DNA of 64,000 bases from NCBI RefSeq assembly GCF_009834535.1, contig NC_045696.1, positions 41,604,001 through 41,668,000 on the forward strand, written 5' to 3'. Below the pieces are notes generated by a model that saw only the letters and a program-made list of their open reading frames with translations, made no database searches and had not been told where the DNA came from. The DNA comes from Camelus ferus (Eukaryota). Made by a program: the position numbers and the translations under genes. Below are positions 40,601 to 52,699 of the stretch, piece after piece (position 1 is the stretch's first letter; the number at the start of each line of letters is the position of its first letter).

Positions 40601-43119
40601 GCAGAGCCTGGATATCAATTGTACATACCTAGAGGATTACACTGGTTATACATCAACAAATGATGATAAGCAAGATTGAGGGGAAATGAGCGTGGGAATG
40701 TGGCCTTAAAGTCGTTACATTCCTAATGTATCAACTCTATATTGTTCTTGGGATCTTTGCAAGTGTGACCATGCCCAAGTAGAACAACAAACACAGGACA
40801 CTAGAGGGAACACACACAGAGTTCTCAGTCTGTGAAGAGCATTCCCAGTTAAGGAATGTTTCACCTAGAAATTCTTTTTGCCCCTTACATATTCAATTGC
40901 TTTAGAGAGACTTTGCTAAGATTCCAGATTTGCTAATGATATAATCAATTACAATCATTATACAGTATTTACAGTTTGTGATACAAGTTTTCATAAATAT
41001 TATCTCATTTATCACTTGTGAGGTTGATCTTGTCATGATTCCCAATTAACAGATGAGGACACGGAGGCTCACAGAAGTAAATGATCTTCCCCAATATCAT
41101 ATAGCCTATGAAGAAGTCAAGACTTAAATCCATATCTTCTGAGTAGGAATTCTTTGATTTTTTTTCTATAGCATGTTCTCTGACCAGTGATGAGAAGATC
41201 AAAGTTTAAGTTTGAGAAGCAGCCATGCAACATTTCCAAATATAGCAGAAAGCAAGAGATACAGAAAACCATAACTATGCAACTTGTACTCATCCCTCAA
41301 AACAAAACGAGTTTTCAGGCTTCCTGCTGCTACTTTATTTCCACCATATTTTCCTTTCACAGAAGTCAGGTACTGCCAAGTCATCTCATTACCTAAAAGG
41401 AAAAGCTCTCCTTGGCAGTCTTTGCCTGAGGACAATTTCTAAAATGTCAAGAGACTTTTGACTTCAAATTCTGGGCTAGCGGATTAGCATGAATATAAAT
41501 TTCTGTTTCTTACTACTAACATTTCATCTAATAATGTTGGAACTGAGCTTTGCCACAAAATGCCAGCTGTCACAGAGCCCTGCTCATAAATTATGTCCCA
41601 TAGTGAAAAAAAAAAAACAACTGCACTCAAATTGACAAAAAAGCTTTTGTAGTTTTCATAGATGGCAAGAATTTCCAAAATAATCCTAAAACCAAGCCTT
41701 GACAGTTTGTTCTATCATCAGGCTGTTGGTAGGTCTTTCTGCTAAAAATAAGCCTTTTCTGTCACTTCCATTGCCATGTAGGCTACTGTGAGTCTTTTAC
41801 TTCAGTGCCCATGACTCCCTACTTACGTATAAATCTGAAAGGGTAGAATTGCTGATGCCGGTAACACTGCCGTAGTAAGTGCAGCACTTTGTTAGAACTT
41901 TTCAATGTAAGAAAAACTATCCAACTCCCCTTTGCAATGTGATTAAATCATTAGTTGATGGTCTAATGGTATGGATGGTCTAATGGATGGATGGATGGTC
42001 CGCTGGTTATGGACAGAATAACTGATGGAGAAATTTAATTTTCACAAAGACTGAACATGAATAACCTGTCCATAAAGGATGTCTTTATGGGAAATCATGT
42101 AGTTATCCAAAAGGCTGTTGTTTCCAGCCCATTCTGAAAGTGTTCACGTGAATATATTACCTTCAAACTACATCTGGAGACCTGACATTGATTTTGATAT
42201 GAAAAGACTATAAATCACCGTAAAACATGCCAAGCCACTCAGCATAGCCCATGAAATACATATACATTTCCATGTAAATTGACCAAAGAACTGTGATCAA
42301 GAATGTAATATTGATTTGAAAAACCATTCCAGGGAAGAAATTTTTGACTGCATAAGGCTCCTACTCAAAACAGCTTGAAACAATCCTGGCTCCATCTTGT
42401 ACAACTACAAAATGAATCACAGAACTTTAGAATAAAAGGGACTTTATCGTCTTGTTCAACCTCCTCATTTTAGGTGGAGGGGAAGGAGGCAGGATGACAT
42501 TTGTATTTGTTTTTTATGTGCATGCCAACTTTTTTTCACTTTTTATTACGGACATTTTTAAACACACTTAAAGGTGGGTAGACAAGTACAATCAACCCCT
42601 TTGTATGAGTACCAGTCAAACCAATGGAGTTGCCACCTATCTTTTAACCTCCTTACTGTTTTCCATGAGGAAATCAAACCCAGAGAAGTAACTTGACTAA
42701 GGTCACTTAGTTATTTTGTGGCTGATCCATGACTAGAAGTTAAGTCCTAATCAGCCCCATTCCCCAGCTAGTGCTTTCCCCACTCTTTCCTCACAGTTTG
42801 TAATATGTGGACTGGCCAGATACTTTCATTTCTAATAGGGGTCTCTGTTTATCACCACACACACAAGAAAGTGCCAGTATAAGTGAACGGTGCAGAAGAC
42901 TAAGGACATCCTAATCTGGACAGTGAGAACAGCCTGGCCAACTAAGTTATTCAAAATGCCTCTCCACATTCAGCAATAGGAAATTCTATTGACTTATAAT
43001 GGAACATTTTCTCAACAGCTGTGGTAAATACCTTCTCCCAGATCTGCCTGAGAATGTTCCACACAAACCAAAATAAATTGTCTTAGCTTTGTGTATGTAT
43101 GTGTGTGTATTTTTCTTAT

Positions 43120-43495
43120 TCTTTTTTTTAATTGAAGAATAGTTGATTTACAACGTGATATTATTTCCTGGTGTACAGCAAAGTTATTCAGTTATACATA
43201 TATACATACTCTTTTTTAGATTCTTTTCCATTATAGGTTACTATAAGATATTGAATATAGTTCCCTGTGCTATACAGTAGGTCTTTGTTGTTTATTTTAT
43301 ATATAGTAGCATGTATATGTTAATCCCAAACTCCCAATTTATCCCTCCCTCTCCTCTTTCTCCCTTGGTAACCATAGTTTGTTTTCTGTCTGCAAGTCTA
43401 TTTCTGGTTTGTAAGTAAGTTCATTTGTATCATTTTTTTTAGATTCCACATATAAGTGATATCATATGGTATTTCGTCTTTCTCTGTCTGACATA
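43120..43495 (-). mobile_element. Lineage-specific L1 3' end (antisense)
   Basis: tttttttaattgaag...tgaatatagttccctgtgctatacagtagg...ttagattccacatataagtgatatcatatggtattt. Confidence 0.9.
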
Positions 43496-44770
43496 GTTTT
43501 TTGCTACATCTACTATTTGCTTATTTTTAACATGAGACCAGAAACTATGGAATCAAATCAATGTAAAGCTATATCATTACAATTAAGTTTATGGATCTAG
43601 TGTTGTCTATTCCATTCTTTAACTCAAACCAAACTACCCATGCAGCGTTCAGCCAGCGGTCAATAAAAACAAGTCACAGGCAATCCTACTCTGTAAACCT
43701 GGAATCCCCTCGTTTTGCTTCCTTAATCTTGTTCTGGCTCCACTCTACCCCGGTTTGGCCAGTTTCCAATCCTCTCTTACCATTTGTACCCAATGATTAA
43801 CTTTGTCTTAACCAACTTGGTCTCTTTGTTGTTCTTTAAGGTATCAACTCACTGTTTGGCTTCTCTTGGCCCCAAGTGCCTCAACTCACCCTTTCTCTTG
43901 CCATTCCTTTGGGATCCAAACCCTAGAGAGAGAGATGTAGGAATATGTCATATGAAGCCAAGGCTGCTGACAGGTCTGTGTGTGGCAATGCCATGTTTGT
44001 GGGCTGGAAAGTCCTTATTTCCTCTCAGGGAAACATGGCTATCATTACTATTTGATGATGCTTTTTCACACAGACCAACCAAGAGGTCATCTTCTCCACA
44101 AATGTGAAGAAAAAAATCATTGTTTTCTGTCTTTTACAACTGATGAAGGTATTAGAGACACTTGATGCTCCTTTTATACTTATCTGGGAACCTAGAAACA
44201 GTCCTCAAAAATAGATTCCAACATGCTTATTAAAAGAATTAATCTTATTAATTTCCTTGCCAAGGAGTTTAAAATTTAAGTGTATGCAATCATATGTCAT
44301 ATGCTTAAGATAAAATTCTCCAGAGTAATGTTTGCAGCAAAGAAGACTTGTTTATCTCTACCCCATGCTCTACAACCCAACCTAACCCAACCTTTTAAGT
44401 AGTTAAGACACACTATTTCATTCATTTTCAGGTTGTTTCTTCTTTCTTCTCTGACATGTACCATTAAAGAGTAAAGAAGTCAATAAAGAAATACATAGTC
44501 AAGGCTCTAAAAAAATACACTAACACTGTAGGTAAGGCATAGATCTGGATTTGTGTTTGTATGTTTGTGTCTGGATGTGTGCGGGTACATGTGGGTACAG
44601 GGATAATCACATACATTCTTTGGAAGCAGAAATTCATTTGCATTTATTCATTCTCTGAAACTCCCAATCTCCCTGGTGTCAACAGCATGACTTTGTATGT
44701 TGGTGAGTTCATAATTAGGAGCAAAAATCTATTGCCAAAGAGCAGAGCAAAGCTAACTAGTCGACATAGG

Positions 44771-44812
44771 AACAACAACAACAACAACAACAACAACAAA
44801 AAACAACAACAA
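44771..44812. repeat. (CAA)n microsatellite
   Basis: aacaacaacaacaacaacaacaacaacaaaaaacaacaac. Confidence 0.95.
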
Positions 44813-45149
44813 AACACATGATCTTTGTCTTGGTAACATTATGCTAACCAGTTAATTAGGCTGGAACATAAATAGTTCATTAATCTTAGAAGAAAATCCG
44901 TATATCCTTCAAGACTAAATTGTTAACCTATCATTTATTCTCTTCTCACCTTTAAATTTACCACTTAGCATTCTAATATCAACAAAACAAAATCTCAAGA
45001 GAAGAGGTTACCAACGGACAAGCAGAAGCCTTTTCTAAAGCTGGACATACAATCCTTCGTGCCATAAATTAATGCCCAGTCTAAGCCAACCTATTTCTGT
45101 TTAAAGACTCCATGGTGCTACTGGTGCCTAGAACTTGAAATTTAAGAGT

Positions 45150-45880
45150 CAGTTGATTTTTTTCCTTTTCCTCTACTTCATACCCAACCATTCTTTAAAT
45201 AGTGTCAACTCTTCCCATATAAAATGTCTTCAATTCATTCACTTTTCTAAACTCTTCCACATCCCTACCCTCATCACATCATGCCTAGACTATGGCAACA
45301 GCCATTTAACTGTCCTCCTGACCTGTATTCCTTGTCTATTCTAATACTATACACCAGTGCCAGGAAAGGAAAAAGAAATTGCCCCAAGCACTGCCATCAG
45401 CATGTTTCTTACTTCTGGAGGCTTCCCACTGTCTATCAGAATAAGTTTACAGTGCTCTGTCTGGTGCTCCAAACCTTATAGCCACTGCTCCTACTGCCCA
45501 TGTAATGTATCCTCCACAGCTCCGCAGCCCGAGTGCTCTGCCCAGGCAGGCCAGTCTCCTTACCTGCCCTACACAGCTCCTCCTATACTACTCACCTATA
45601 ATGTCTACTCCAACCTAAATTCAGTCTAGGGCCTTGTTCAGGACTAACCTTCCTAGTTCAGCCTATTGACCCCATAGGGAAATCTTCCTCTGACTCTGCT
45701 GACCACTAGAGGTAGCCTGCTCCACCCAACCTAATACTTAATTTTATTCTCTGTGTTTGTGTCCCATCTTTCCAACTAGATGGCAACTCTTCGAGAGCAA
45801 GGACTGTGCTTCATACATCTTTGCCTTTCCCACCACAAGGTGCTGAGTGTGTAGCAGGTATTTAATAAATAACTGTTTTT
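45150..45880. mobile_element. L2 LINE 3' remnant
   Basis: atcatgcctagactatggcaacagcc...tgtgtcccatctttccaactagatggcaactcttcgagagcaaggactgtg...gtagcaggtatttaataaata. Confidence 0.65.
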
Positions 45881-47337
45881 AAAAATATTCTTGAAGCAGT
45901 AAGTTGGGAAAATTTCTAAAGAAAGGTGAGTCTTAAGATGTAATCTAAAGTCATGAAGCTGAACTGAGGAGAAGAGAGAAACACACGGTTTCTCTAATCT
46001 CTTTGGTGAAACAGTTTTGGAAATTATGTGATTAAAAACTTTTTAATGAAAATGCTCTTTGTGTAATTTAAGGTTAAAAGGGGGAGGGGAGTATAGCTCT
46101 AATAACTTAAAAGACATTATGTGGGAAAAAAGACTAGCAAGAAAGACATCAAAATCATGATGGCTATATCTGGAGGGAGACTGTGGATAAGTTGTTTTCT
46201 TTACATTTTTCTGTATTTTCAAAGTTCTCTTCAAAGGACTACTTATTATTCTATAAAATACGTTTAAACTATCTTAAAAAAGAAAAGACGCATTTCTCAG
46301 CTGTCTTTTGGTTCAAAATTACTGTTGCATCATTAATTGGGCGATGTCCCTAAAAAGGGGGAAACTCAGAAAGGCTGACATTTCTTCTTTTTTCTAGTCC
46401 ATCACATTAAATTTTGTTATGTAAATGGCTGTTTGTGAGGCCCCACAATTTTGAATTCCTGTGGGACTGGATTAATCCTGAGATAACTAGGTGACTTTTC
46501 ATGTAGCAAATTCACCTTCATTTACTTTTTGCTTTGATTAGACAAACACAGAAGTTATTTTGCATTCTCCAAACCCAGATTAAATAAGAGTGCAAGGAAA
46601 CCTGCCTACCTGTCAGGAAGACATAAACTTTTACCATGGGTCAATGAAGGTTGCCAATTCTCATATTTTTCAGTAACTCCAGAATCACAGAAGACACTCA
46701 AACAAGTAGCAGGCTTTCAAAAACAGGCATACGAAAAAGAACCACAATATCTTTATAAAAACTGGATTCCTTTGGGAATGTAAATTTGATAATAATATTC
46801 ACATATAGATCAGATGAGTTTCTTTTTTTTAGTGTTCATCTTAAGTAGAATGTCTAGTTTAGGGGTGAGGAGGAAAGATGTCATATTATTTATCTGCCAT
46901 GTCTCTACTCACCACTTTAATAACAGATAGTACTCTCAGCCTCTGTTTGCAACCGCTCAGCCCGATATGCCCTCCTGTCTACTCAACACTGCACAGCAGA
47001 GCCTCAGACACAAGATTTGTGTGAAGGTGATGGCTTTGAAGCGCAGACACTGAGCTCACATAGTAACCACGAGTACACACAGGTCACTAAAGCCAGGAGA
47101 GAAGAGGATGCCAGAGCTAGAAGCCATGAGCAACTCAAAACATGTGGAGGGACCAGAAATCACATTAAGAGGAAGGGCCAGGTAGAGACATTCCATGTTC
47201 CCATCAACACAAAAGCACCTCCCTCCCCCTCAGTGGCTGAAACAGGAGTTAGGTTTCCAGGGCTGGGTGGCTTGTGAATGCTGCACGACATAGTCTAGGT
47301 TCTGGCAAGCAGACTAATACTAGAAAATCAAGTCTCA

Positions 47338-47367
47338 TGACCACCTCTGTTGGCTAGAATTACTGTA
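47338..47367 (-). promoter_or_regulatory. Candidate CTCF site with upstream motif
   Basis: Minus strand TACAGTAATTCTAGCCAACAGAGGTGGTCA resembles the upstream TGCAG module plus the core TGGCCACCAGGGGGCGCTA at plausible spacing. Matched by eye only. Confidence 0.4.
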
Positions 47368-50300
47368 TTTTCCAGTCTCCTAGAAAATAAAAAGGAAACT
47401 TCAAGTAGGAATATTCTCAAGACATTCTACTTCCTGTTTCTGCTTCTGAGGAACAGTTTTATAACTTGGGAATGGTGATATTATCTGCCCCTTAAATCAG
47501 TATAAAAGTTGAGAGGTTAAAAACATTGTTTCGATTTACATAATTTGTCAATAAAAGATGGCTTCAACAGTGAACAATTTAGGTAACTGTTTAACCTAAT
47601 CTTCTGTTCTAAATCAAACTGTACTGGGGACAAAACTTTCTAAGACAATTAAATGGAAACCCTGGAGCAACTGCATTGCAAGTTAATGTGTTTCTCTCTG
47701 TTGGTTGCCACGTAACTCTCATCTTTCCCCAGTGAGTTCTGAAACAGACAGCAAGGATCTGGCCTTCACCTGGTGCACTGCTGAGCCCTCCCACGCGGGG
47801 GTCACTGTGAGGTCCTGATGTAAACATCTACATGGAGAACAGTGCAGTGTGTCACAGGCCAAGGACAAGAAGAAATGATTAAATGCTATCAATCAGTGGG
47901 GCCTGAGCCCCACTGAGCACTGAAGAAATACTGGCAAAGCCAGTGGTTTTATAACATGCTCACTAACAGTACCATATACCTGCTCTCTCCATCTCAGTTT
48001 AATAAAACTGAAAAGAATCACCTGACATTATAGATCTTTCCAAACCATCAATTTTATATTTCTAAGTCAAAATTAATTTAAGACTGTCCTCAAAATAGAA
48101 TAATGTCTAAACCTGTTCATTAATGGAAAGTCCGTTTAAGCTTGCAGCTTTGTCATTCCAAGTTGAGTTCTGATTTTGAAACATCATTGGCAAATGTGAC
48201 AGTAAAATAAGAAAAAGTGAAGCAATGGAAAAACCTCCCCTGGCTCACAGTGTTGAACAGAAGGTATTTCCAACCCTCAGCATGTGTTTTTGAGCTTTCT
48301 TTTACGAGGAAGAGAGATCATTCCACTACTGCCATGGAGAGCACTTCATAAGGAAAATAAATTTCTCTAGAAATGTTATATTTACACTTACATTTTTAAA
48401 AGAAACAGGCAACATTTTAAAGGTGCAATTCCAACCTGACAGCCTCCTCATCTAGACACTTTGAGGAGTATCACCTGCCCTGGAAACAGGCCATTAAATC
48501 CATTTTCCCAGGAGAAACTGCAACATGAATTATTGATGAATTATTGATTTATTCATCTAAAATGAAACTGTCCCTAAATGGTAGAGTAAGAGCTAGATGC
48601 TTATTTTATCTGTCACATTCCAAATCCAGAGAACATTAAAAAATAAAAGGTAAATAAACTTTTAATTGAGGTCATCAACCTTCTCTCATTTATAGAAATA
48701 GTGGCACTAAGATATCAGAAAGCACAGATTCTTTGTGAAAAAAAATATTTTGCAAAAGCTTTCATATAAAAACTTCAAAAACAGAAAAGTGGTATCCATG
48801 ATGAAATAAAAAAAAAGGCAGGGAGAGGGTCATTTTAGCAAATTACTGCTAAAAAGCAGTTAGAAATTAAACCAGTATCTGTTTTTAGACCATTATAACT
48901 TTGTCTTTTCTCAAACTCTGAAAAGTTTCTAAATGGTTTATTTTTCTGTCCCTTACAAGAAAGAGTAATTTAAAATCTGAATCAAAAATGTGTTTCCTTC
49001 ATTCATTACAGGAAAGAAAATATTTAACATTTTTTTTTTTTTGTTATCACACAAACCTCTGATGGTTTCATAGGAGCCACAGTATCACCCTCATTGAATA
49101 TTTGACAATTACATAACACTGAGCAAGACTAATACCCATCCCCTGGGGGCACGGAGCCAAACAGATGCTTCCAAACACCCGCATCACACAAGAGGAAGGA
49201 TGTCCTGGAGGAAGCTGGCATGACGCGGTCTCTTCTCAGGGACTTTCCTTTGGTGCACAGGGACACCAGCCACTCTGCTAGAATTAAGTTATTTAAATGG
49301 GAAGACAAGCAACCTTCCCCTCATGGTAAACCTTGGGAAACTGAGAGGAAATACCAAAATTGGTTGCCGCTATGTGCAGGACGAGCAAGATCAATTTTGA
49401 AAGCGTATCATCACCAACTCTCATGAAAGATAATCACGAGAACTTAAAATGGACAGGCTGAACCAACTGCTCATCCCCCCTCACGGCAGTGAGGGGAGAA
49501 CTAAGTCACACCTTCACCCACGCCCCGCTCCCTCGTGCCTTTATTTTATTCTGCCCTACACAATAAAGAAATAGAAACAAGGAATAAAATTACTTTTAAA
49601 AACTTTTTTTTAAGATTAAGCAGTGCCTTCTATAGGCATCATTCTCCCAAATCCATCAACAGAAAGGACAGTCAGATTTGTTCCTACAAACCCACCAGCT
49701 CCCAAATCTTTGAACCTTTTCCTTCTATCCAGCACCACTCCCACACTAGTGTACTTCTTTGCCTTGTCTTCCCTTCCTCCCTGAGCCCGTGGTTAAGAAA
49801 GGCAGACAGACATCTCAAAGTAGCTTATACATTCTGCTAGGATTTTGTAAAATGCTTACTACTTTATAATCTGTTAATTACTCAATGATAAGATTGATAT
49901 AAATGTATGAATCTGATCCCTTAAAACATTTAGGATTATTTTTAAGTCTCTATAAATCATTTTTTAAATGGTCTGTAAACCCCTCACTGATTTCAAAATA
50001 ATCAGCTGCTTGCTGGTCGTAAAACAGATACCTACGTATGACCCATTATCTCAAGCTAACTGAATTAACAGCTACTGTAGACCAACTCTGCATCAAGCAC
50101 TCTTTGGTTTCGTGAATAATAAATGAGCAAGATGTGGCCCCAACATCAAAGAATTCAGTTTAGTGGGAAGTTAATGGAATAAATAAAAAATTACCACACA
50201 GCTTTGATGAATAATGGAATAGAAGAAGACACACTGGTACAGAAGAAAGGCATATAAGACAGGGCAGCTAGGGGGAGGTTGGAAAGCTCCTTCAAAGGCC

Positions 50301-50717
50301 CACCTGCTAAAAATATGCATACTCTTCCCCAAACCTGCCATGTGTACAATATTGACAATACTGACAAATTAGTTATTCATTTGGAATAATAAATTATTTC
50401 CAGAAATCCCACATACAATGTTGGCATTACTTGGAAAAACATGATTCCTTAACATTTATTATTACATTAGCATAGATTCACTTGTACTGAAAAAAAAGTA
50501 GAACAAAAGATATGTGTGTGTTTTGGTAAGAAGACACCTTAAATGTTAGTTCATGGGACACAGCCCATCAGGGATTATCTCAAAAGGGACATACATTCAG
50601 AAGGACCTAGAAAGTGGACCCACATGGTAAACATGTGACCTCAGAGTGACTACAGCTTGTCCTGACCAGACTTATTAAAAACAGGGTTATTACTTTAAAA
50701 CCTATATAAACCTTTAA

Positions 50718-51941
50718 ACCTATATAAACTCCTAGAAGAAAACATAGGTGAAACATTCTCTGACGTAAATCTTAGCAATGTTCTCCTACGGCAGTTTACC
50801 CAGGCAAAAGAAATTAAGCAAAAATAAACAAGTGGGACTTAATTCAACTTATAAACTTTTGCATAGCAAAGGAAACCATAAGTAAAACAAAACAACCACC
50901 TATGGAATGGGAGTAAATATTTGCAAATGATGCAACTGACAAAGGTTTAATTTCCAAGATATAAAAACAGCTCATACAACTTAATAAGAGAAAACAAACA
51001 ACCCAATCCAAAAATGGGCAGAAGACCTAAAGAAGCAATTCTCCAGCGAAGACATAGAAATGGCCAATAGGCACATGAAAAAAGGCTCAATATCGCTAAT
51101 TTTATCAGAGAAATGCAAATCAAAACTACAATGAAGTATCACCTCACACCAGTTAGAATGGCCATCATTCAAAAGTCCACAAATGATAAATGCTGGAGAG
51201 GCTGTGGAGAAAAGGGAACCCTCCTACATTGCTGGTGAGAATGTAGTTTGGCACAGCCATTATGCAAAACAGCATGGAGATTCTTCAAAAAACTCAAAAT
51301 AGACTCACCATATGACCCAGCAATCCCACTCCTGGGCATATATCCAGAGGGAAATCTAATTATAAAAGATACATGCACCCCAGTGTTCATGGCAGCACTA
51401 TTTACAATAGCCAAGACATGGAAAAAACCTAAACAACCATTGACAGATGACTAGATAAAGAAGCTATGGTATATTTATACAATGGAATGCTATTCAGCCA
51501 TAAAAAAAACAATAAAATAATGCCATTTGCAGCAACATGGGTGGACCTGGAGATTGTCATTCTAAATGAAGTAAGCCAGAAAGAGAAAAAAAATACCATA
51601 TGATATCATGCATATGTGGAATCTAAAAAAAAAAAACAAAAGAAAAAAAAAAAAAGAAAAAAGAGGACACTAATGAACTCATCTACAAAACAGAAACAGT
51701 CTCACAGACATAGTAAACAATCTTAATGGTTACCAGGGGAAAGGGGGTGGGAAGGGATAAATTTGGGAGTTCGAGATTTGTAAATTTTAACCACTATATA
51801 TAACAACAGATTAAAAAACAAATTTCTCTGTATAGCAGGGAACTATATTCAATATCTTATAATAACCTTTAATGAAAAAGAAAGTATACACTAGAAATTG
51901 TAACTGACTATACATCAACAAAAAAATTAATACAATTTTTT
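50718..51941 (+). mobile_element. 5'-truncated lineage-specific L1 with 16-bp TSD
   Basis: ORF2 C-terminal coding ([31 protein letters not shown]) and 3' UTR; TSD aaaaacagggttatta (50677-50692) / aaaaacaggattatta (51942-51957). Confidence 0.95.
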
Positions 51942-52699
51942 AAAAACAGGATTATTATTCACTGTTTCTTCTAAATCTAGGTCACTAAGCAATCAACAGG
52001 TATTTATTAGACACATTTCTCCCACTTCATGTTTTTATAATACAGTCTTTGGAATCAAATCAGGACCACCCTCCTCTTTCCTAAGACTGATTTAGGACTT
52101 TCTCAAGCCCTCCTGCTAGCAAGACATCATGCAAATATAGGAAGGAAAAAACTGAAAATTGAGGTTTCTGTGCCGATGTTTAGGTGAGTGGTTGCTCGCC
52201 TTCCTATGCAAAATTTCTTTAGACTACTGTTACACCATGGATGTGCCTTCTTGTTCTCTTTTAGACAGGTCACCAATCCCTTCTCTTGACAGCTGATACC
52301 AGCTACCCACTCCTAATCTTCCTTTAATCAGCTCTATCAGTTTTCCTTCCATCCCTGCCTTAAGCAGATGGCAGGGGGGAATGAAAGTTTCTAAGACTTT
52401 GAAAGAATAAAGTTCATGAGAGGCAAAGTAATAACTCAGCATCATTAACTGTCCACAAAATTTGCGGCAACAAATGGGCTCTGGATTTGTCTCCAATTCT
52501 CTGAGATCCTCACTACAGAGATTAATCAAAGAATGATTATCATTCCCACACCAGGCTCACACTGTGTGTATCTTTTAGTGGTAATTACACAGAACTACTC
52601 CTATGATCTACAGTGTTTTTTTCTAATTGATAAAAAAAAATGTAGGGAGGTTCTTGAAAGAGAAGTTTATTCATGATGAAAATGGATGGCACAATTATA

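Noticed and set aside
47893..47916. Perfect 10-bp hairpin tcagtggggc-ctga-gccccactga (and an 8-bp one at 49477-49496)
   Set aside because: About this many short stems are expected by chance in 64 kb, and there is no other support.
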